From positions 1 to 12,775 of the forward strand of contig JBFMGO010000143.1 in the NCBI GenBank assembly GCA_040752695.1: a stretch of 12,775 nt of DNA, written 5' to 3'. Both the position numbers and the translations under genes were made by a program. This DNA is from a bacterium. GTDB lineage: Bacteria > SZUA-182 > DTGQ01. The notes beneath the pieces were generated by a model that did not search any database, was not told the origin of the DNA, and saw nothing but the letters and a program-made list of their open reading frames with translations. This document shows positions 7,890-12,775 of this stretch, piece by piece (the stretch's first letter is position 1; every line of letters starts with the position of its first letter).

Positions 7890-8348
7890 ATGGATGAGAT
7901 TGAAATAGGACATAAATGTGGAAAGTTTGAGATTAATTGCTCGTATATGGAAAAAATCTTTTACGATTTGTTTCACCCTCAAAAACCTTTGATCCTTCCG
8001 AGAGACAGGGGATGGCATCCCTTTACCAACGTCTATGAATTAAGCTCTGAGATTGTCATTGAGGTGGAGCTGGCTGGCATCAGCCATAAAGAGGTCCAGA
8101 TCAGTTTCCAGGATAAGTACCTCGTGGTTCGGGGGCACAGGAAAGAGCGGATCAAGGGAACCAGTGTTCTCTATCATCAACTGGAAGTTGAATACGGTGC
8201 TTTTGAGAGGATCATTTATGTTCCGTTCGATATTGACGAGAAAAGAATTCAGGGATACTACGAGGATGGATTTTTGACCATAAGACTGCCGAAGGTGTGT
8301 AGCAAAAATTTCCCAGGGAGTACGACTACTATAGGAGGACAGGAGTAG
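7890..8348 (+). CDS. Small heat shock protein, Hsp20/alpha-crystallin family
   Basis: WHPFTNVYE..IEVELAGI..LVVRGHRKE..YHQLEVEYGAFERII..YEDGFLTIRLPK. Start ATG 7890 after SD-like AAGGGGGG. Confidence 0.92.
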   Translation: MDEIEIGHKCGKFEINCSYMEKIFYDLFHPQKPLILPRDRGWHPFTNVYELSSEIVIEVELAGISHKEVQISFQDKYLVVRGHRKERIKGTSVLYHQLEVEYGAFERIIYVPFDIDEKRIQGYYEDGFLTIRLPKVCSKNFPGSTTTIGGQE

Positions 8349-8429
8349 CGGTCATTGAAAGGAAGGTGTATAATAATCAAGATGATAATACCAGGGGATT
8401 GAAGGAATATCAGGTAAGGAAATGAACAT

Positions 8430-10787
8430 ATGGAAATAGATGATATAGAAGATTACCACTTTAGTAAAATCAACAGGGAAATCCCTGTTCAGCCACTAAA
8501 AAATACCATAGTATTGCCTTATACGGCTTCACCTTTGGTGATTGGCAAAAAGAAATCCATAGCAGCAGTCCAGGCAGCCATGGAAAGAGATAGGATTATC
8601 GGGACCTTTTTGATTAAAACCGAACCGTCTCGAGGAGAAGAAATCGGATTTGATGATATCTACCGAACAGGTACTGCTGCCGGTGTTTTAAAACTGGTAA
8701 AAATGCCGGATTCAAGTCTCAGGCTCCTGGTTCAGGGATTGAAAAAGATCAGGCTTGAAGAAATCATCCAGGCTGAGCCTTATTTAATCGGCCGGATTGA
8801 CGTTGTTGAAGAATCGTATACCAAAACTAACCGTACTGAGGCCATGCTTCGGAATTTAAACGACAAGTTCCAGAAGATTGTTGCCTTGAGCTCCTATTTG
8901 CCCGATGAACTGGGGTCTGCGGTTTCAAATCTTGATGATCCTTTCTCGATGGTTTACATGATTGCTTCCATTATTAACATAAAGGCTGAGGAGAGGCAAA
9001 AGATCCTGGAACTTGCGGATTTGGAACAGAAGCTCCATCAACTGTTAGCCCTTTTGAATAAAGAAATACAAATTCTGGAATTAGGAGGAAAGATCCAGTC
9101 TGAAGTGGCTGATGAAATTTCCAAGAGTCAGCGGGAATACTTCCTGCGCGAGCAGATGAAGGCCATTAAGAAAGAGCTCGGAGAAAGCAGCGCCCAGGAG
9201 GCGGAAGTCAAGGAATTGCGGGAGCGGCTGACCGCCATGGACCTGCCGGACGAAGTGCGCAAGGTGGCGGAAAAGGAACTGAGCCGGATGGAGTCTATAC
9301 CGAGTGCAGCCCCGGAATACGTCGTAATTCGGACCTATCTGGATTGGCTTATGGATTTGCCCTGGAGGGCATCAACTCAGGATAACCTGGATCTGAGCAG
9401 GGCCAGAGGGATTTTAGAGCGTGACCATTATGATTTAAAGGAAGTCAAGGAGCGGATGGTCGAGTATCTGGCAGTGAGAAAATTAAAGCAGGACATGAAA
9501 GGACCGATCTTGTGCTTTGTCGGCCCTCCCGGCGTTGGCAAGACATCCCTCGGCCAGTCGATCGCTAAAGCCCTGGGTCGTAAATTTATCCGTATGTCTT
9601 TAGGCGGTATACGTGATGAGGCCGAGATCCGGGGACACCGCAGAACCTATATCGGTGCCATGCCAGGGAAAATTTTGCAGAGCATCAAGCGGGCCGGAAC
9701 GAATAATCCCGTCTTTATGCTGGATGAAATCGATAAGGTAGGAGTGGATTTTCGGGGAGATCCCTCATCGGCCCTTTTGGAGGTCCTCGATCCTGAGCAA
9801 AATTTCACCTTTATGGACCATTACGTCGATCTGCCGTTCGACCTTTCCACGGTTCTGTTTATTGCCACGGCGAATGTGCTGCAAACCGTTCATCCTGCTT
9901 TACTCGACCGGATGGAGGTTCTGCGCCTGCCCGGCTACATCAATGAAGAGAAAATTCACATTGCCAAGAATTATCTGATTCCGAAGCAGATTGAAGCTCA
10001 TGGCCTTGTGTCCGAAAATATCTCTTTCGAGGATGCAGCCATTCAGGACATCATTACCAATTACACCCAGGAGGCAGGGGTAAGAAACCTGGACCGACAA
10101 ATTGCCAGGATTTGCCGAAAAGTAGCCTATAGGATCGCCACACAGGGTGATGCCGGATTTCAGTATGAGCTCATTACCCCTGATAAGGCGCGCGAATACC
10201 TGGGCCCGCCGCGGGTTTATCCGGAGACCGCACGCAGGACTTCTATCCCGGGGGTAGCCACCGGCCTAGCCTGGACTGAAAGCGGCGGAGATATCCTCTT
10301 TATCGAGGCCCTGCAAATGCCGGGGAAAAAAGGATTGACCATAACCGGACAACTGGGAGAGGTGATGCAAGAGTCGGTCAAAACCGCCTTGTCCTACATT
10401 CGATCAATAGCCAGGAAATACGGAGTCAAGGAGGACTTTTATGAGAAAAGCGACCTGCATATCCATGTCCCTGCCGGCGCTATCCCGAAAGACGGCCCAT
10501 CTGCCGGAACCGCCATTGCCACTGCCATCAGCTCTGTTTTAAGCGGCAGGTCGGTGAGAAAGGATGTGGCTATGACCGGTGAAGTAACCCTGGCCGGACT
10601 GGTCCTGCCGGTCGGCGGCATCAGGGAAAAAGTCCTGGCTGCCAAGAGGGCAGGAATCAAGATCATCATCCTCCCTTCCCGGAACAGGGTCGATGTAGAG
10701 GAGATCTCCCCGGAGCTGATTGAGGGGATTGATTTTCGGTATGTTGATCGTATAGATGAAGTTCTGGATGTCGCCTTGAGCAGTTGA
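8430..10787 (+). CDS. lon: ATP-dependent protease La (LonA)
   Basis: LON N-domain, QREYFLREQMKAI, Walker A GPPGVGKTS, RGHRRTYIGAMPG, Walker B MLDEIDK, catalytic PKDGPSAG (Ser) and GGIREK (Lys). Confidence 0.98.
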   Translation: MEIDDIEDYHFSKINREIPVQPLKNTIVLPYTASPLVIGKKKSIAAVQAAMERDRIIGTFLIKTEPSRGEEIGFDDIYRTGTAAGVLKLVKMPDSSLRLLVQGLKKIRLEEIIQAEPYLIGRIDVVEESYTKTNRTEAMLRNLNDKFQKIVALSSYLPDELGSAVSNLDDPFSMVYMIASIINIKAEERQKILELADLEQKLHQLLALLNKEIQILELGGKIQSEVADEISKSQREYFLREQMKAIKKELGESSAQEAEVKELRERLTAMDLPDEVRKVAEKELSRMESIPSAAPEYVVIRTYLDWLMDLPWRASTQDNLDLSRARGILERDHYDLKEVKERMVEYLAVRKLKQDMKGPILCFVGPPGVGKTSLGQSIAKALGRKFIRMSLGGIRDEAEIRGHRRTYIGAMPGKILQSIKRAGTNNPVFMLDEIDKVGVDFRGDPSSALLEVLDPEQNFTFMDHYVDLPFDLSTVLFIATANVLQTVHPALLDRMEVLRLPGYINEEKIHIAKNYLIPKQIEAHGLVSENISFEDAAIQDIITNYTQEAGVRNLDRQIARICRKVAYRIATQGDAGFQYELITPDKAREYLGPPRVYPETARRTSIPGVATGLAWTESGGDILFIEALQMPGKKGLTITGQLGEVMQESVKTALSYIRSIARKYGVKEDFYEKSDLHIHVPAGAIPKDGPSAGTAIATAISSVLSGRSVRKDVAMTGEVTLAGLVLPVGGIREKVLAAKRAGIKIIILPSRNRVDVEEISPELIEGIDFRYVDRIDEVLDVALSS

Positions 10788-10861
10788 GGACACCCTTCGT
10801 TCGCTATGGATATCGCCCTTAAGTAACTGCGTATCGAAAAAAGAGTGCTAGGAGGGGGAAT

Positions 10862-11467
10862 GTGCTGAGAGCAATCTCCATTGCCTTTGTTCCGATATTC
10901 GTGGCTATGGACGCAGTCGGTGTTTTGTCCGTGTTTATTGCTCTGACTCGCAGGCTGGGAAAACCCGAAAGGCGCAAGATCATCCTTGAGTCGATGGTCA
11001 CCTCTCTTGGACTGTGCTTTGGTTTTATCTTTATGGGAAAGGTGCTTTTTACCTGGCTCGGCATTACCGGCGGAGATTTTATGGTAGCCGGAGGGGTAAT
11101 CCTTTTTATTCTGGCCATAAATGGCCTCATCTCTCACGAGAGAAGGCGGGGAATGCCTGTTGCGAAATATTCGGGGGTGGTTCCCATAGGTACGCCTCTT
11201 ATTGCCGGCCCCGCAGTTTTAACCACCCTGCTTATCCTGATGGAGAGTTACGGGATACCCGTAGTACTGATTGCGGTCGCTCTCAATATTGCGCTCGTGG
11301 GTATTGTTCTTGCTCTCTCGGATTTCATTTTACACTTGATCGGAGAAGCAGGGGCCGAAGTCCTCTCGAGAATCGTCAATCTGTTCCTGGCGGCAATGGC
11401 CGTGATGATGATCAGAAAAGGAATGAGAGAACTTATTCTGCTTTCATGGTCTGGTCGGGGCGGATGA
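10862..11467 (+). CDS. MarC family integral membrane protein
   Basis: About 6 TM segments with MarC motifs (IFVAMDAVG, F.VAGGVILF, VVPIGTPLIAGPA, SRIVNLFLAAMAV). GTG start after GGAGGGGG. Confidence 0.9.
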   Translation: MLRAISIAFVPIFVAMDAVGVLSVFIALTRRLGKPERRKIILESMVTSLGLCFGFIFMGKVLFTWLGITGGDFMVAGGVILFILAINGLISHERRRGMPVAKYSGVVPIGTPLIAGPAVLTTLLILMESYGIPVVLIAVALNIALVGIVLALSDFILHLIGEAGAEVLSRIVNLFLAAMAVMMIRKGMRELILLSWSGRGG

Positions 11468-11779
11468 AGGCAAAGTTCCCATATCCGGACCTGGTAGCGC
11501 AGAAGGTGAAAGGCTATCCACTCTTGCGGTGTACTCTTGTGCTCTTTGAGCACAAGAGTACACGTATCCTTTCCCTTTCTGCTGCTGCTTCTCTTCCTCC
11601 TCCTGATCAGCGGATGCATTCAACAGGACAATCTGGTAGCGCAGGTCTGAAAAGTACTTATCCAGCGCTACATCGATGAATGAATCCTTGCAGATCTCAA
11701 GGTTGTCCAGATCGAGAAGATGTCCGATTTGATTGAATATCTTTTGAACTTAATTGAACGCTTTTTGGAGTTTTTATAA
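11464..11779 (+). pseudogene. Probable decayed lipoprotein gene (possibly a PrsA/SurA/PpiC-type foldase)
   Basis: ATG 11464 overlaps the marC stop (ATGA). After a one-base frame change the sequence reads VSFPFLLLLLFLLLISGCIQQDNLVAQV*KVLIQRYIDE*ILADLKVVQIEK...EFL*, with a clear lipoprotein signal (ISG-C) and two in-frame TGA codons (11648, 11681). Family assignment is inference only. Confidence 0.45.
11529..11563. repeat. Perfect 16-bp inverted repeat with 3-nt loop (possible terminator)
   Basis: gtgtactcttgtgctc-ttt-gagcacaagagtacac, about 60 nt after the marC stop, followed by a pyrimidine-rich tract but no clean poly-T. Confidence 0.85.
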
Positions 11780-11782
11780 ATC

Positions 11783-11812
11783 TTGACAATGGATAGATAA
11801 ATATTGTATAAA
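11783..11812 (+). promoter_or_regulatory. Candidate sigma70-type promoter overlapping the long palindrome
   Basis: TTGACA (11783-11788), 18-nt spacer, TATAAA (11807-11812). The region is very AT-rich, so a -10 match is weak evidence. Confidence 0.35.
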
Positions 11813-11847
11813 TAAAATATAATATTATATTTTATTTATACAATATT
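11800..11847. repeat. Perfect 48-bp AT-rich palindrome with no spacer
   Basis: aatattgtataaataaaatataat|attatattttatttatacaatatt. The right arm (11824-11847) is the exact reverse complement of the left arm (11800-11823). Confidence 0.95.
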
Positions 11848-11944
11848 AATATTATATTAATTTAATATGAATTTAATTTTTACTATACTTTTGCACTTTT
11901 TAGCAACTGATTGGAATACCTATAGTTTCGTAATGTCCATATTT

Positions 11945-12016
11945 GTCATTCCCGCGCAGGCTTAGAATCCAAAAAACCCTTGAAAAGCCTGGATTCTAAG
12001 CTTTCGCGGGAATGAC
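11945..12016. repeat. REP-like palindromic element (GTCATTCCCGCG...CGCGGGAATGAC type)
   Basis: Arms gtcattcccgcgcaggcttagaatcca (11945-11971) and tggattctaagctttcgcgggaatgac (11990-12016), 25/27 complementary, 18-nt loop. Confidence 0.85.
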
Positions 12017-12243
12017 GCAGAGAGCCCTTACTTGTTGTAGGGTTGATTCTCTTCGAGTGGCCGTTTACCAGATAGTATTTACTTCATAATTGTTTACTTC
12101 GCGAGAGAACCACTTAGTACAACCATGCTCACTCCCTATCGTGAATTGACTCTGGTGGAGGGCGATATTGAAAGGAGGTGAGAGGCTGAAATCGGAGAAC
12201 TATCTTTAATACAAGCTGCCATAAATACGCGGACCCCTTCTAT

Positions 12244-12280
12244 CTCTCTCCTCCCTGTGGGGGCGAGGCCAGGGTGGGGT
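12244..12280. repeat. Degenerate REP-like element of the CCCTCTCCC...GGGAGAGGG...GGGTGAGGG type
   Basis: ctctctcctccctgtgggggcgaggccagggtggggt: a small GC hairpin followed by a G-rich tail, resembling a widespread intergenic repeat. Single degenerate copy in this window. Confidence 0.5.
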
Positions 12281-12380
12281 GGGTACCTGGCTGTGTAATT
12301 AAAAAGGTCTGTACATAGTAGCGCAACGAGACATTGTATAAAACTATCTCGATGAGGGAGCCATTCAAGTAAGCCAATCC

Positions 12381-12470
12381 GTCATTCTGAATGGTATTAG
12401 AATCCAGAAGCCCTTGAAAAGCCTGGATTCTAAGCTGCCACAGGGGCTCCTTGCTTTCGCTCAGAATGAC
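12381..12470. repeat. REP-like palindromic element (GTCATTCTGA...TCAGAATGAC termini) carrying the same core as 11945-12016
   Basis: 10-bp terminal IR gtcattctga/tcagaatgac and inner 11-bp IR ttagaatccag (12397-12407)/ctggattctaa (12423-12433). 26 nt (12411-12436) are identical to 11977-12002. Confidence 0.8.
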
Positions 12471-12761
12471 GTTGATTATGATAAGCAGGGTAGAATGAAG
12501 CATCAGTGCAAGCTCCCATTTGAAAGCCTCGTTGTACTATTAGGTACACCGCACATTAGCGTAACTGGAATGCGTTTATATGTAGTTAAAGCGGTATTAG
12601 GTTAAGAAAGGAAATTATGGTACATATGATCAGGAGACTTAACAGCCTTGGTAGTGATAAACAAGTAATGCTGGAGGATTTTTCCGGATAGAGTGAGGAA
12701 AGTAGACGACAATTCATTAGAGTTACTTCTAAGCGATAAAACTTCTGAAAAGGAGCCAATA

Positions 12762-12775
12762 ATGAATTTTCCTTC
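12762..12775 (+). CDS. Probable start of the next gene (MNFP...), truncated by window edge; product unknown
   Basis: AAGGAG (12750-12755) 6 nt upstream of ATG 12762. Only 4 codons are visible. Confidence 0.4.

Noticed and set aside
10825..10851. GAGTGCTA (10843-10850), right half of a CIRCE element, upstream of marC
   Set aside because: The left half expected 9 nt upstream (TTAGCACTC) reads aactgcgta, so there is no inverted repeat.
11014..11463. 221-aa ORF 11014..11679 as a real gene
   Set aside because: Its first 150 codons are an alternate frame of marC. Only the part from ATG 11464 is considered, as part of the pseudogene.
1062..11619. Other overlapping ORF-track entries (e.g. 1062..1310, 1312..1617, 1945..2259, 3422..3769, 3625..3978, 4972..5535, 6958..7461, 10439..11137, 11248..11619)
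   Set aside because: Antisense or alternate-frame shadows of well-supported genes, with no recognisable motifs.
11648..11683. TGA recoding (selenocysteine or alternative genetic code) in the lipoprotein-like frame
   Set aside because: tolA, lon and marC end at TGA at their expected C-termini, the context is not a Cys/redox motif, and I saw no convincing SECIS-like hairpin. Pseudogenisation is simpler.
11835..11862. dif-like site (ttatattaatt resembles the XerD arm TTATGTTAAAT)
   Set aside because: No acceptable XerC arm at the 6-nt spacing, and the match is expected by chance in near-pure AT sequence.
11500..11900. oriC (AT-rich unwinding element plus DnaA boxes)
   Set aside because: Only poor partial matches to TTATCCACA (e.g. 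ttatccagc, ctatccact), no box cluster and no origin-associated genes.
11889..11906. Sigma54 promoter-like tttgcactttttagca
   Set aside because: Lacks the invariant GG at -24 and the correct GG-N10-GC spacing.
12168..12185. 16S rRNA 3' end on the minus strand
   Set aside because: Match is limited to AAAGGAGGTGA. The following bases are not TCCAGCC and no other rRNA sequence is present.
11945..12470. CRISPR array
   Set aside because: Only two related copies 434 nt apart, no regular repeat-spacer period and no cas genes.
12240..12605. ORFs 12240..12503 (-) and 12414..12605 (+)
   Set aside because: Largely translations of the REP-like repeats (VILSESK.., HPTLASPPQGGE), with no recognisable domain.

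Overview
Chromosomal housekeeping window from a Gram-negative (diderm) bacterium using the standard code (TGA is a stop). In order: the 3' end of one ECF-type ABC ATPase and a complete second one; a convergent Hsp20; a tolA-tolB-pal-cpoB cluster with no adjacent tolQ/tolR; a small 11-Cys DUF3795-like protein; a convergent lysylphosphatidylglycerol-synthase-TM/flippase-like membrane protein; and a divergent hsp20-lon-marC cluster. The last ~1.3 kb has no convincing intact gene but is rich in structure: a decayed lipoprotein reading frame, a perfect 16-bp hairpin, a perfect loop-less 48-bp AT-rich palindrome (the most unusual object in the window), and three REP-like palindromic repeats, two sharing an identical 26-nt core between different termini. 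I found no rRNA, tRNA, CRISPR array, transposase or integrase, and no clearly novel multi-gene system. The best leads are non-coding. All family calls come from motif recognition by eye, not database searches.
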